From a virus (taxonomy: Duplodnaviria; Caudoviricetes), in the IMG/VR virus record IMGVR_UViG_3300012031_000015, positions 1-57,591 of that record: a DNA stretch of 57,591 bases; one strand, written 5' to 3'. The position numbers were made by a program, and so were the translations under genes. The notes beneath the pieces were generated by a model. It saw nothing but the letters and a program-made list of their open reading frames with translations, had not been told where the DNA came from and made no database searches. This document shows, in pieces, positions 7,212 to 16,784 of this stretch. How positions within the stretch are numbered: the stretch's first letter is position 1; every line of letters starts with the position of its first letter.

Positions 7212-8213
7212 CTAGAACTTTTCCTCTTTAGATGGAAACCATTTCTTCGCTCTCAGTCTGTTTTTAAGTGGTGAATACTCTGCTGCTGCAAATATACTAT
7301 GCAGTGTGTATAATCTTCCGTACTTCAACACCGCATCACCTGCGTCTAGAATGTCGCGGTCCCAGTCAGGCATACTCAGCCCCCAACCTCGAGAGATTGC
7401 ATATTCTACTAGTTTTTTTCCTGAACTGTCCCTGTCTGGCACTACAATTACGTCTTTATTTAATCTGTTGATCAGCATGGCTTGCCCGTCACTAATTGAC
7501 GACCCCATTAGTGCGGTGCCACCCATGTAGATAGCGTCGACTGGTCCTTCAAACACCAGTACCGCTACCTTTTCATAGTTCTGTGCGTCTAGGTTAAACA
7601 CATAGTCACCCGGCTCTTCAGCTAGATACTTGGGACGCTTGTCATTGTTGACACTTCGAGCAGTGTAGCCGACTAATGTGCTGTCGTGATAAAAGGGTAT
7701 TATTAGTCTATCTCTATAGGCTAGATTACTAGTCCAATAAAACGGATAATCCTCTAGGTATAATTCACGCGACTGCATGTATTCTACTACTGAAATAAAA
7801 TGATTGGATATGTTGGTATTGTCTGCAATGTTCACCGCATCTTTAGGTAACTTACCTAATTCGAACTTGGGCATCAAAGGAATATGGTCCTTGGACATAA
7901 CGCCTTCGTTCTCACGTAGTATCTGTAGACTTAGTTTATTAATAGTGCCGTCGGGCACATGCATCCATCGTAACAGCTTCTTATACTTGTGGCTAAGGTT
8001 TCTGCCTGGCTGCCAAGATGCCTTAAAGTGACAGTTAAAGCACGAATAACTGATGCCGCCGTCACTATTAGCAATAACGCCTCCGCGGCCTTTTACATCA
8101 ATTGATTCTCCATTATGCTGACAGCACACTGCGCAGAAAGAAATCCAACCCTTGGATGATATCTTTCGCTTTGCTGGGAGATACGATAATGTTATTTCTG
8201 CTACTGCGCTCAT
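7212..8213 (-). CDS. gp61: DNA primase (T4 gp61-like)
   Basis: N-terminal Zn finger (CAVC..CFNC), RLIIPFY, GYTAR, PKYL, TOPRIM VFEGPVDA and PDRD. Confidence 0.88.
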   Translation of the reverse strand: MSAVAEITLSYLPAKRKISSKGWISFCAVCCQHNGESIDVKGRGGVIANSDGGISYSCFNCHFKASWQPGRNLSHKYKKLLRWMHVPDGTINKLSLQILRENEGVMSKDHIPLMPKFELGKLPKDAVNIADNTNISNHFISVVEYMQSRELYLEDYPFYWTSNLAYRDRLIIPFYHDSTLVGYTARSVNNDKRPKYLAEEPGDYVFNLDAQNYEKVAVLVFEGPVDAIYMGGTALMGSSISDGQAMLINRLNKDVIVVPDRDSSGKKLVEYAISRGWGLSMPDWDRDILDAGDAVLKYGRLYTLHSIFAAAEYSPLKNRLRAKKWFPSKEEKF

Positions 8214-8219
8214 AAGTAA

Positions 8220-8248
8220 ATTATACTGTCAAATCAATGACTTGTCAA
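8220..8248 (-). promoter_or_regulatory. sigma70-type promoter of primase
   Basis: TTGACA-N17-TATAAT; the -10 ends 6 nt before the ATG. Confidence 0.75.
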
Positions 8249-9034
8249 TTAGTTTCGAATCAGTATTTTAGTTACTGCGGCAGTAGGATTTCCCATAGAC
8301 TTAAATCGAAAGTAGCTGAAGTTTCCGGTAACATTTATGGGTTTTGGTTCAGTTTCTGCACCAGTAAAAATAACCTGTTGTATATCAGCCCAGGACGTAG
8401 TTTCGTTTATTTGAGGATCAAGTGTGCCTTGCACAAATATATCGCCCACAAAGAAGGTTGTATAGATTGCAAAGGTATGTAAAGCTTCGTTGCTGTTGAT
8501 ACTAGGCTGCGCGTCTACAGCGCCTGTGAACCAGTGCAAGTTGCCTGCATTCTCTTGACGGAACACTGACAAGCTCAAGCTGGGCTTGGGATTTGGAAAC
8601 GCTGTTGTATCGATAAAAATAGTAGCATCGTTGTCGAAATTACTGTGTGAGTATGTTAGAATATTCTTTTGGTTTGCATCTTCTAAATAAACATTGTATT
8701 TTAGGTACTGCTGTTCGAACTGTATTAAATCATTTTCAGTTAGCGTTACCGTAAACAATCCTCGCATACTGCTCGAGTCGTCGTCTTGTATCACGCCGTC
8801 TTTCTCTATAGCTAACATATTGTTATCGTCAATAGCTACAAATTTTGGAATATAATTTGCTGTGTTTACAGGCCGTTGGTCTGCGTTCATCAGTCTAAAT
8901 TGCAGGACATTATCTATGCCTTTATAAACTTTTATCTGTCTACTATACACTGGTCTATACTCCGTAACGAAACCCGCCAGATTAGCTACTATTGTGATTC
9001 TATTTGATACTAAATACCTTGGCGTCAATTGCAT
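8249..9034 (-). CDS. hypothetical protein, probably a virion structural beta-rich protein
   Basis: Start re-placed at MQLTPRY just after a TAAATA late motif; beta-strand-rich sequence. Confidence 0.6.
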   Translation of the reverse strand: MQLTPRYLVSNRITIVANLAGFVTEYRPVYSRQIKVYKGIDNVLQFRLMNADQRPVNTANYIPKFVAIDDNNMLAIEKDGVIQDDDSSSMRGLFTVTLTENDLIQFEQQYLKYNVYLEDANQKNILTYSHSNFDNDATIFIDTTAFPNPKPSLSLSVFRQENAGNLHWFTGAVDAQPSINSNEALHTFAIYTTFFVGDIFVQGTLDPQINETTSWADIQQVIFTGAETEPKPINVTGNFSYFRFKSMGNPTAAVTKILIRN

Positions 9035-9054
9035 ACTATATTTATCGGAATCAT

Positions 9055-9426
9055 ATGTTAACAAAAGATATACAAGAAAATTTCCCCTTTTTGTCTGTAG
9101 TCACCTACGGCGGGAACGAATATGTCGGAATTATTATTAACCAAGATGTGTCAGTTACGTCAATTTACGTATATACTGCACTATTATCACATAAAGAACA
9201 GGCTAAATTTTTAAAGCTGGGCAGTGTGTGGTGGTGGGAATCTAATAGACTAATACCGATCAACATATTCTTAAAAAACGAAATGGACGTGTTTCGATAC
9301 ACAATTGTTACTATGAACTCTAAAGATGTTAGAGTTACTATTGGGCCTTGTGTTAATCTAAGCAATCTCTCTATAAAACGTGTTAAGAGGAAAAGTGTAC
9401 AACTAGTTAGAAAACCTAAGGACTAG
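9055..9426 (+). CDS. hypothetical protein
   Basis: ATG start MLTKDIQENFPFLS; WWWESNRLIPINIFL motif; basic C-terminus. Confidence 0.7.
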   Translation: MLTKDIQENFPFLSVVTYGGNEYVGIIINQDVSVTSIYVYTALLSHKEQAKFLKLGSVWWWESNRLIPINIFLKNEMDVFRYTIVTMNSKDVRVTIGPCVNLSNLSIKRVKRKSVQLVRKPKD

Positions 9427-9976
9427 ATAGCTGTTCGCACAGCAAGTTCATATGTACCACCACGGCCATTGCGTAACTAAAAGAATGTGCTTTTTTGAAG
9501 TAGTATTCGTCACTGTTTGGTTTAACCCAAACTTCTTTCATAACACTGTCCCAGTCTTTGCCTATTAAATGTCGTTTAGCAGGACGAATCATTGCTAATA
9601 CCGCTGCCAATTGAGTCACGTTTCTTGGCTTAGTTTTCACTAAGATATTGTGCTGTCCGTTTAAATGGAATACTTGGTCTGCAAACTCGGCATGTTCTAA
9701 CAATTCCCATATAGGTTCCTTATTCATTAGTTGATCTAGATGCTGCTCGCTTTTTACGTTTTCGTAAATGCTTACATTTAAGAAATCTATTTTAAAATAT
9801 CCTCGAATTTCTGCTGTTTTGTAATCAATTGTAGATCGACCATCAATTGGGTTGTGGGGGATCTCTGTAACATATACACCAGTTGCGTGTTTCTTATCAG
9901 TCTCTAATTTAGCTGATCGATGTTTGAGTCTGCTTAGTATTTCGTCTCTGTTTTGGAAATCAATGTCTATATCCAT
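9416..9976 (-). CDS. miniature DNA polymerase III alpha (DnaE)-like catalytic-core protein
   Basis: Colinear C-family motifs DIDIDF, KHATGVYV, GYFKIDFL, LAMIRPA and YYFKKAHS in only 186 aa. Confidence 0.75.
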   Translation of the reverse strand: MDIDIDFQNRDEILSRLKHRSAKLETDKKHATGVYVTEIPHNPIDGRSTIDYKTAEIRGYFKIDFLNVSIYENVKSEQHLDQLMNKEPIWELLEHAEFADQVFHLNGQHNILVKTKPRNVTQLAAVLAMIRPAKRHLIGKDWDSVMKEVWVKPNSDEYYFKKAHSFSYAMAVVVHMNLLCEQLSSP

Positions 9977-9994
9977 TGAGAACTCCGATGTTGG

Positions 9995-10489
9995 TTAAAG
10001 TGCTTTGTTTATTTTCTTTGCTTTCTTTTTAGCTTGGTTCCACTTAACGTTAGACACACGGTCTTTCATTGTGATCCCTAGTACGTGATCCAGTTCATGC
10101 AGATAGCACTTAGCACTATACCCAATGATCTTAACAGTTTGCTTAACTAGGTTTTCGTCCCAGTACTCTGCTAATATTTCTTTAGGACGTTTTACATCAA
10201 CAAACACACCAGGAAAGCTCAAACATCCTTCTGGGTCTACTGCTGTCTCAGCCGTATATTCAAGTACACTAGGATTAATACACATTGTACTATTGGCTAC
10301 AGAATTACCCATAACAAATATACTAGCATCTATTCCTACTTGACTTGCTGCGAGTCCTATGCCTTTACTTTCTAGCATAAACTCAACCATCTGTTTTTTT
10401 AGCTCAACAGGATTAAATCCAGGATTAGCTAAGTCAACTTCTTTTAATTTTCTTGCTAATATTTCTTCAGGATACTTAACTAACTTCAT
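9995..10489 (-). CDS. def: peptide deformylase
   Basis: Motifs GIGLAASQVG, EGCLS, HELDH. Confidence 0.95.
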   Translation of the reverse strand: MKLVKYPEEILARKLKEVDLANPGFNPVELKKQMVEFMLESKGIGLAASQVGIDASIFVMGNSVANSTMCINPSVLEYTAETAVDPEGCLSFPGVFVDVKRPKEILAEYWDENLVKQTVKIIGYSAKCYLHELDHVLGITMKDRVSNVKWNQAKKKAKKINKAL

Positions 10490-10505
10490 TCATACTCCTT
10501 AATGT

Positions 10506-11210
10506 TTAGAGGTGACTTTCTTTTACTATAGCTTTAACTAACTTAACGTCGCTTGGTTGTCTACTGAATCGTAACGCCCAATGTTTAGGGTCTAATACGT
10601 GATAGATCATATTCAGCTGCTCGTCAGTTAGCTTGCCCAACATCTCCTTGCCAGTTTTGCAATTAAGTATTAACCAAGGACTTACCTTACCGTCACGAAT
10701 GTGCCAAACTATTCTGTTGGGAGCTGCATACAGAAAGTAATGATTCCACGAACTGTTATTTTCTTCAGCCCACTCTGCCATTGTGCCAACACTACGTTCT
10801 AGCGCTGTTTCTACACCTTCTTTACGTATCAACTCAGTTGCATACTTTTCGTACATTTCTTCGCGACACCATTTATCTAATTTTACACCGCTGGTAACCA
10901 CATAGTTAATGTATTTCTCAGGATACAGTGGCTTTACGTTGGATACAAAGCTACCAAATTTAACAAATGCATTATAGTACTGGCTATTACAAAACTCTTC
11001 GTAGGTCTTGTCCTTCTTTGCACCAGCGCTTAGTTTATAAAATTGGTTAAATGCGATGTACCCCAGTTGTACTCGTTTTTCACCTTTCTGTAATGCCCTG
11101 CGCTTCTTTTCACACACGTGGCTCATTAAGGTTTTTTCTCGTACATACCCTGTGTTGCAGTATTCGCATCTAAAAGGTTTTTCAGAGTTTGGTGTCGATT
11201 TCATGTTCAT
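10506..11210 (-). CDS. hypothetical protein with N-terminal zinc finger
   Basis: FRCEYC..LMSHVC; start re-placed to MNMKSTP. Confidence 0.65.
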   Translation of the reverse strand: MNMKSTPNSEKPFRCEYCNTGYVREKTLMSHVCEKKRRALQKGEKRVQLGYIAFNQFYKLSAGAKKDKTYEEFCNSQYYNAFVKFGSFVSNVKPLYPEKYINYVVTSGVKLDKWCREEMYEKYATELIRKEGVETALERSVGTMAEWAEENNSSWNHYFLYAAPNRIVWHIRDGKVSPWLILNCKTGKEMLGKLTDEQLNMIYHVLDPKHWALRFSRQPSDVKLVKAIVKESHL

Positions 11211-11634
11211 CAGCCAATGCTCGGAGTTCTTTTTTTGTAGATAATTTAGCAAGTATTTCGGCCTCGTCATTTTTTAAATGTGGATATACTTCTTGAACTA
11301 ATTTAATAGCTTTATTAGTATTAGCATCTTTTTTCTTAAAGCCAATCCAAGGATGGAACTGTATCTTGCCAGTGCCTCCGCTCTGACACAATAGTTGCCA
11401 CTGCAATTTAGGATGTTTGGTACTTAGAGACAACCAGTTCTTATTGTAAAACTCGTTGGTCTTAAAGATTGCTAGTTCCTGGGCTTCTCTATTACCGCTG
11501 ACACTACTAACATATCTATTTAGTAGCCAGAAGCTGACTTGTTTTTTTTCGTCATCATCTAGTTCGTCCCATACTTCCTTGGCACCCATATCAATAGCAG
11601 CTAGTATGTCTTTAATCGGAAGTTTATTCGCCAT
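11182..11634 (-). CDS. gp62: putative clamp-loader small subunit (T4 gp62-like)
   Basis: FWLLNRYVS, LQWQLL, FHPWI and IKLVQEVY pattern; size and replication-module context. Confidence 0.55.
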   Translation of the reverse strand: MANKLPIKDILAAIDMGAKEVWDELDDDEKKQVSFWLLNRYVSSVSGNREAQELAIFKTNEFYNKNWLSLSTKHPKLQWQLLCQSGGTGKIQFHPWIGFKKKDANTNKAIKLVQEVYPHLKNDEAEILAKLSTKKELRALADEHEIDTKL

Positions 11635-11644
11635 TTGTGTTCTC

Positions 11645-11896
11645 CTAATGACCTCTTATAGTATAGTAAGACATGTACAGTTTGTCAAGTTGTTTCTGCA
11701 GAGTCACGTTTTCCTTGGCCATACGAGTAATCTCCAACCAGTCTCGATAATACTGTGGAACTTCAGGACCACTAGGTGCTGCCTCTCCTATTGCCCAACG
11801 CGGCAACCTATTATGTGGTGTGTCTCTATACCTTGCGTAAACTGTAGTGCCTACTCTTTCATAAATCATTACTGCACCAGGTATTAAGCTGCCCAT
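11645..11896 (-). CDS. hypothetical protein
   Basis: ATG overlapping the upstream stop (TAATG); IYERVGTTVYAR. Confidence 0.65.
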   Translation of the reverse strand: MGSLIPGAVMIYERVGTTVYARYRDTPHNRLPRWAIGEAAPSGPEVPQYYRDWLEITRMAKENVTLQKQLDKLYMSYYTIRGH

Positions 11897-12402
11897 TAGA
11901 GTAGTTTCTCGTAGTCTATGATTTCGCATTGTCTGCTAATGTCTTTTACAAAGTAAGCACACAGTGGATTGTTACCTTCTGTGATCGGAACTGAAAGCAG
12001 CTGGCCATTTTTCATTTTAGGAAAATACCATTTTACATCTGTATAAAAATTGGTAATTTTAATCTCTGCAAAGTCAAAGCTAAAGCTGGATCGCGGATTA
12101 AACAAAAATGCTTCAAATCCTCTATCATTTAAACTGGTCAATGGCAACACTTCCAGGTCCGCATTGACCTCTGCACATCCAACAGCAATACTCCAGTCAA
12201 CCGGCATAGTAATTTCTTTGCCGCCGATTTCTAATACCATCGCCGGTGCACTAAAAGATTCTAGAAATATTAACGGAATAAAAAAGAAGTCTGGATTTTT
12301 AGGATCTGAGTTGTCCAACACACTAAATCGAAGGTCATCTTCGATTTGTTCTGGCAACTCGTCCAGATTAAAACTTTTATTCTCTAGCGTGAGAATTCTC
12401 AT
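11896..12402 (-). CDS. hypothetical protein, possible degenerate Hint-like fold
   Basis: 168-aa ORF coupled to uvsW; spacing of hydrophobic blocks resembles intein blocks B/F. Confidence 0.65.
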   Translation of the reverse strand: MRILTLENKSFNLDELPEQIEDDLRFSVLDNSDPKNPDFFFIPLIFLESFSAPAMVLEIGGKEITMPVDWSIAVGCAEVNADLEVLPLTSLNDRGFEAFLFNPRSSFSFDFAEIKITNFYTDVKWYFPKMKNGQLLSVPITEGNNPLCAYFVKDISRQCEIIDYEKLL

Positions 12403-12405
12403 AAA

Positions 12406-14304
12406 TTACTTGTTTTCCTTTGGTTGAATAGCTTTAAACTTCTTACTCATCATATCTTGCTCCCAGTCTATCTTTTCAATTGTATAAGGGTACTGAGCTT
12501 CGGCATAAAAACGCTTACGTGCTGCTAGGTGACGCTTGGCATATTTACAAGTTGACGTTAGATCCCATATTTGAACAAAATCCTTGTCCTTTGCTTTACG
12601 CACACCTCGTCCGATTGACTGTATGACTCTAACAAAGCTCTTGCCAGGTTCAAATAACACCAAGTTAAATATTCGAGGAATGTCGATGCCTGTACTTGCA
12701 ACACCGTAAGTAGCTACTATGGTCATGTTCGTGGCGTTCTGAATCTCGTCATATGACTCTTGTCGATCGTTGACCTTAACACTTCCGCTAATAAACACAC
12801 TATCTGGTATTAGCCGCTGAAGTTCCTGACCAGCACTTATTCTGTCAACAAGTATAAGTGTATTGCCAGTCTGACTAACCTTATTCATTACTCGTGCAAT
12901 GTACGCAAGGCGATGAGGATCACTTACTAGATATTTTAGTTCACCCTGATAATCTCGGAATACTTGTGTGTCTATTAGCTGCATTACGTTTACATGGCAG
13001 TTAGACAACACTCCTCGGTCTTGAAGTTCTTTAGCCCCAATAGCACCAATTACCGGACCAAGACTTGCGTGGATGCTTTCGAACTCAAAGTCTTCTTTGG
13101 GGATTGTGCCAGTCAATCCCCAACGTATGGGCGCGTTACGAAGGTTCTGTGTGAGCAACTTTTTCAAGACTTCGGCTTTGGCTTGGTGACAGTTTGCAAC
13201 TACTGCGCCGTTAGCAATGTAGTTGTGGTCATTCTTGATGTGTAAGTTGTACACTGTTTCGGGTTTACGAATAACTTTCTTCTTGATTAATTTCATACCA
13301 GTAATAGACATTTCGTCGGTAAGATTATCTGCTTTTACCCATCCGGTACTGGTCAGGAACTTGTGGTTTGCAGTTACTTTGATAATACTGCCGTTATCAA
13401 ACTCTATCTCCAGCATATCCACGGATTCACTGTTGAGTAGATTTTTATGTACTTTAACTATAAAGTCTTCCTTATATGTGTTTGTACTTTCACATAAGTT
13501 AATTATTACGTCACCAACTTCAAGGTCTTTAATAGCAACTTTTCCTAATAGAGTAGAAATTAGGGTGTCACCAGCAAAGCATTCGTCTATAATAACAGTA
13601 CTCACATTTTCTAAAAATTCAGCAAGACTTAGTACACTTGTGCCGTCTTTGTTTTTCTTATCTAAAATGTTAAGAGATTGCCATGTGCAGATGGTGTGAG
13701 TTTTACCTAACTCTTTTCGGTCGCCGAAGTATACGCCCACGTCAAGCCCGCAATTGATGTAGTCTTTCTCTGTTTGTCCCACTAGACTTTTGTTGGGCAC
13801 CACCACAATACTGCGTCCGTATTTTTCAGTTATCTTTGACAATGTTGCAGTAATGATGGTTTTCCCCGCGCCGGTGGCTACAGATTGCAGACCTTGAGGG
13901 TTTTCAAGAAAGTTGTTAATTACATCTACTTGGTAATCACGTAACATGATACAAGTGCCTTCAGCAACATGCCCGGGTGGCCAGACAGTTTCACCCCAAA
14001 AGTCTTCTGTAATCTTGTCAAACTGTAGGTCAACCGTCTGCCGGCGATCTTCAATTTCTGCTATCTCAACTTTGTTCTTTTGCAGTATCTCTACTACCCT
14101 GTCGAGATGGTTTACATATCCTGTGCCGCCGATGCCAAAGAATGCAACCTTACCGTCCCAACGGCCTAGTTTGTATTGCGGCATGTGTTTGGCGTAGGGC
14201 ACTTCGAACTTTAACGCGGACGAAATTTGTCGTCGGACATCAACATCCAATCCTTCAAATTTAATATTAACTTCGTCCTCTATTATCAGTTTACATTTAG
14301 CCAT
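12406..14304 (-). CDS. uvsW: UvsW-like SF2 helicase containing a mini-intein
   Basis: LRDYQ, ATGAGKT, IIDE[intein]CH, GLTGT, STGIDIP, QSIGRGVR. Confidence 0.92.
   Translation of the reverse strand: MAKCKLIIEDEVNIKFEGLDVDVRRQISSALKFEVPYAKHMPQYKLGRWDGKVAFFGIGGTGYVNHLDRVVEILQKNKVEIAEIEDRRQTVDLQFDKITEDFWGETVWPPGHVAEGTCIMLRDYQVDVINNFLENPQGLQSVATGAGKTIITATLSKITEKYGRSIVVVPNKSLVGQTEKDYINCGLDVGVYFGDRKELGKTHTICTWQSLNILDKKNKDGTSVLSLAEFLENVSTVIIDECFAGDTLISTLLGKVAIKDLEVGDVIINLCESTNTYKEDFIVKVHKNLLNSESVDMLEIEFDNGSIIKVTANHKFLTSTGWVKADNLTDEMSITGMKLIKKKVIRKPETVYNLHIKNDHNYIANGAVVANCHQAKAEVLKKLLTQNLRNAPIRWGLTGTIPKEDFEFESIHASLGPVIGAIGAKELQDRGVLSNCHVNVMQLIDTQVFRDYQGELKYLVSDPHRLAYIARVMNKVSQTGNTLILVDRISAGQELQRLIPDSVFISGSVKVNDRQESYDEIQNATNMTIVATYGVASTGIDIPRIFNLVLFEPGKSFVRVIQSIGRGVRKAKDKDFVQIWDLTSTCKYAKRHLAARKRFYAEAQYPYTIEKIDWEQDMMSKKFKAIQPKENK
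13192..13581 (-). mobile_element. 130-aa mini-intein in the UvsW DExH motif
   Basis: Starts CFAGDT; block B VTANHKF; block F VYNLHI; ends YIANGAVVAN then Cys+1; removal restores DECH. Confidence 0.92.
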
Positions 14305-15514
14305 AGTATGATGAATACTTCCTTATTAAGCTATAATCTTCTTCTCTAAAAACTATTAAATCACTAGAATGTTCAATAAAAGTATTAAGCAATCTGTTCA
14401 GTTTACTCGAAAAAGATATTGTTGCGTTGGGGGTCCAGATATTGCCCACTAGTAATTTAGGCAACTTGTCTGCACTAACATACACTATCTTGGTATCTTT
14501 ATCCACCCAGTTGTTTACTTTTCTGTCCTTAACAAGGTCATTAAACTCACTGCCGCCTTCAAGCCTAAACAACACGCTCTGCTGTGGCGCCGGCACAATG
14601 TCTCTATAATAGTTTAACGTCTCGTACAGTTGTTGCTTGGCGTTAGACTTTTCTAGAATTATTAATAAAGGAAGTCTATCAAGTGTACATATTGCGTCTA
14701 ACAACACGCCTAGTGACGCTTGAGTAGGCTTGCTATGATATTCCTTAGAAGTTCGATATGCTATTTTCTCGCACAGTGTTACTGGATCTTTTTTAGGTAG
14801 ATCTACGATTCCGTATCGGCGGCAACGATCAACATAGTGTAATTCTGTAGAGGCACTAAACTCTCCCAGTTCTTCTTGCGCTAGTTTCAATGCTCTAGGG
14901 TGAATGTTATTTAAAATGTTGCCTGTAATACTGCTAACGTATTTCTCTCTGTTAGCAGTAATAACTTGCATTTTTTTGTAAATAATATCAATTTCGTCGT
15001 CAATATCAAAGTCCTTGTTCTTAAACTCAGTAGCCAACGCAGATATAACTTGCTCGTTAAATTGAAAATAATAGTCGTGGCTTCTCATCTCATGCCAATG
15101 TGGGTTCGCTTTTGCAATTGGTATAATTAATGCAACCAAAGACTTCCTAAACGGAAACCGTATTTTAACATATGGCCCTTGTGGTTTGAAGAATTTATCG
15201 TTAGGCAAGTCTTCATATACTAGCTTAATGTACTTGCTTCGATCGATCTCTCGTAGTGGTAATCTTATTTCTTTAACTGCGTGGTCAAAGTTAGTGTAAT
15301 TATTGTCTATAAACTGTGATCTGTAATCTTCAAGTTTCCTCAATATAAGAATTTGTTGTCTATCAGTCAGTGCAATTCCTCGACCTGTTTGACGAGCTAT
15401 TGACGTCATGATAGATATGTCGGTACTGTTGATAGAAAAATCACCAGAACTGATTAATACTCCGGTGATTATTTCTAAACAATCTTCAATTGTCAACAAG
15501 TTTATTTTTTTCAT
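14297..15514 (-). CDS. hypothetical protein upstream of uvsW
   Basis: 405-aa ORF overlapping the uvsW start; has its own sigma70 promoter. Confidence 0.75.
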   Translation of the reverse strand: MKKINLLTIEDCLEIITGVLISSGDFSINSTDISIMTSIARQTGRGIALTDRQQILILRKLEDYRSQFIDNNYTNFDHAVKEIRLPLREIDRSKYIKLVYEDLPNDKFFKPQGPYVKIRFPFRKSLVALIIPIAKANPHWHEMRSHDYYFQFNEQVISALATEFKNKDFDIDDEIDIIYKKMQVITANREKYVSSITGNILNNIHPRALKLAQEELGEFSASTELHYVDRCRRYGIVDLPKKDPVTLCEKIAYRTSKEYHSKPTQASLGVLLDAICTLDRLPLLIILEKSNAKQQLYETLNYYRDIVPAPQQSVLFRLEGGSEFNDLVKDRKVNNWVDKDTKIVYVSADKLPKLLVGNIWTPNATISFSSKLNRLLNTFIEHSSDLIVFREEDYSLIRKYSSYYG

Positions 15515-15519
15515 GTTTA

Positions 15520-15548
15520 ATAATAACAGGTTGTAGGTAGTTTGTCAA
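15520..15548 (-). promoter_or_regulatory. sigma70-type promoter
   Basis: TTGACA-N17-TATTAT, 5 nt before the ATG at 15514. Confidence 0.7.
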
Positions 15549-15591
15549 GTTTATTCATGATAAATAAGCTAACACCCAAAGGAATAGACAC

Positions 15592-16302
15592 ATGAAGATG
15601 CACGAAATTATCGTTGAGTCGGTTAGTTACGAATCAGCAATGAACAGTATCAAAGGTGACATAGGCTCACCCATTAGACAATTGTACAATAATCTGACGC
15701 AAGCTGCCAACAAGTATTTTTCAGATGCAGATACACTGATGATTATAGACGGTAAAACAGGAGCTTGGGGATTGATTAAAGGCGGAGTTACTGGGCGCTG
15801 GCGAGAAAGATTTTGGACTAAAAGTCTTTATCCGAATCTCAAGGCGTTGTGTAGCTATCGAAAAAGAAACTGCGAAGAACTGTCAAAGTATCTAAGTGCG
15901 TTGAATGCCGAAGATTACAACGAAAGAATGAAGTTTAAAAATATTGAAGATAATCTTCCCGGCATACTTTCAAGGCTTGCAACTTCACTAAAGGACAAAC
16001 GACTATACGAGTTAGCACAGAATTGGGCTAAAGAAAACGATAAACTAAAGCAAGAAGTTAAACGGTTAATCGGTGTTCACTACGATTACGCTAAAAAGCA
16101 TTACAATCAGGATCAGGATAATTCTAAAAAGACAGCACAAGTAACAGGCGCACAGTCGTCACAAGCTGAAACAGTAATTAATCAAGTGTTAAAAGATCTA
16201 CCAAAAAAAGTTGCTGGTGAGATTAGAGGTAACATTGCCAAGTCTGCAAACAAACTAGCAGCATTAAGTATGGAGTTAGAAAAACGAGGCATTAAAATGT
16301 GA
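15592..16302 (+). CDS. hypothetical late protein, possible internal head protein
   Basis: TAAATA at 15561-15566, AAGGA RBS, N-terminus MKMHEIIVES; helical. Confidence 0.7.
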   Translation: MKMHEIIVESVSYESAMNSIKGDIGSPIRQLYNNLTQAANKYFSDADTLMIIDGKTGAWGLIKGGVTGRWRERFWTKSLYPNLKALCSYRKRNCEELSKYLSALNAEDYNERMKFKNIEDNLPGILSRLATSLKDKRLYELAQNWAKENDKLKQEVKRLIGVHYDYAKKHYNQDQDNSKKTAQVTGAQSSQAETVINQVLKDLPKKVAGEIRGNIAKSANKLAALSMELEKRGIKM

Positions 16303-16327
16303 TAGCAGTGCCTCGTTCAGAGTGAGC

Positions 16328-16783
16328 CTAGAGACTAACATCCTCCATGCCAGCTGCTCTAAGTTTTATGATATTGTTAATGGAGAATCCTTTGGAGTCT
16401 AACGATTTTAATATCCCTAGCCATTTGTTGCGTATTAATGCAAACTCATTAATCAGTAATTCGTAATCAACTACTGCACTTTCACCATCTACATATTTTT
16501 CTACGTCTCTGCTACTTAGTGCTCGCTGATAGTTCTCGAGATATTTCTTAAAAAAAGAACTGCGCAATTTACGCAGTTCAATATTTAGATAATTAAGAAT
16601 TGCTTCCAGCTCTTGTAGCTGACGAAAACGATGTTCGATTATACCAGGCATTTCTGCTGCGGCCTTCTCAATACTACCCTTAATCTTTACTTCAAGACGA
16701 GCATCAACTAACTCTGATTCATAATACTGTATAGCATCAGGAATCCTTGATATGTCATTTGATACAACGTGATACCATCCCAT
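16328..16783 (-). CDS. uvsY: recombination mediator UvsY-like
   Basis: Helical ~150 aa with DVEKYVDGE and KGFSINNIIKLRAAG; downstream of uvsX. Confidence 0.7.
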   Translation of the reverse strand: MGWYHVVSNDISRIPDAIQYYESELVDARLEVKIKGSIEKAAAEMPGIIEHRFRQLQELEAILNYLNIELRKLRSSFFKKYLENYQRALSSRDVEKYVDGESAVVDYELLINEFALIRNKWLGILKSLDSKGFSINNIIKLRAAGMEDVSL

Positions 16784-16784
16784 G

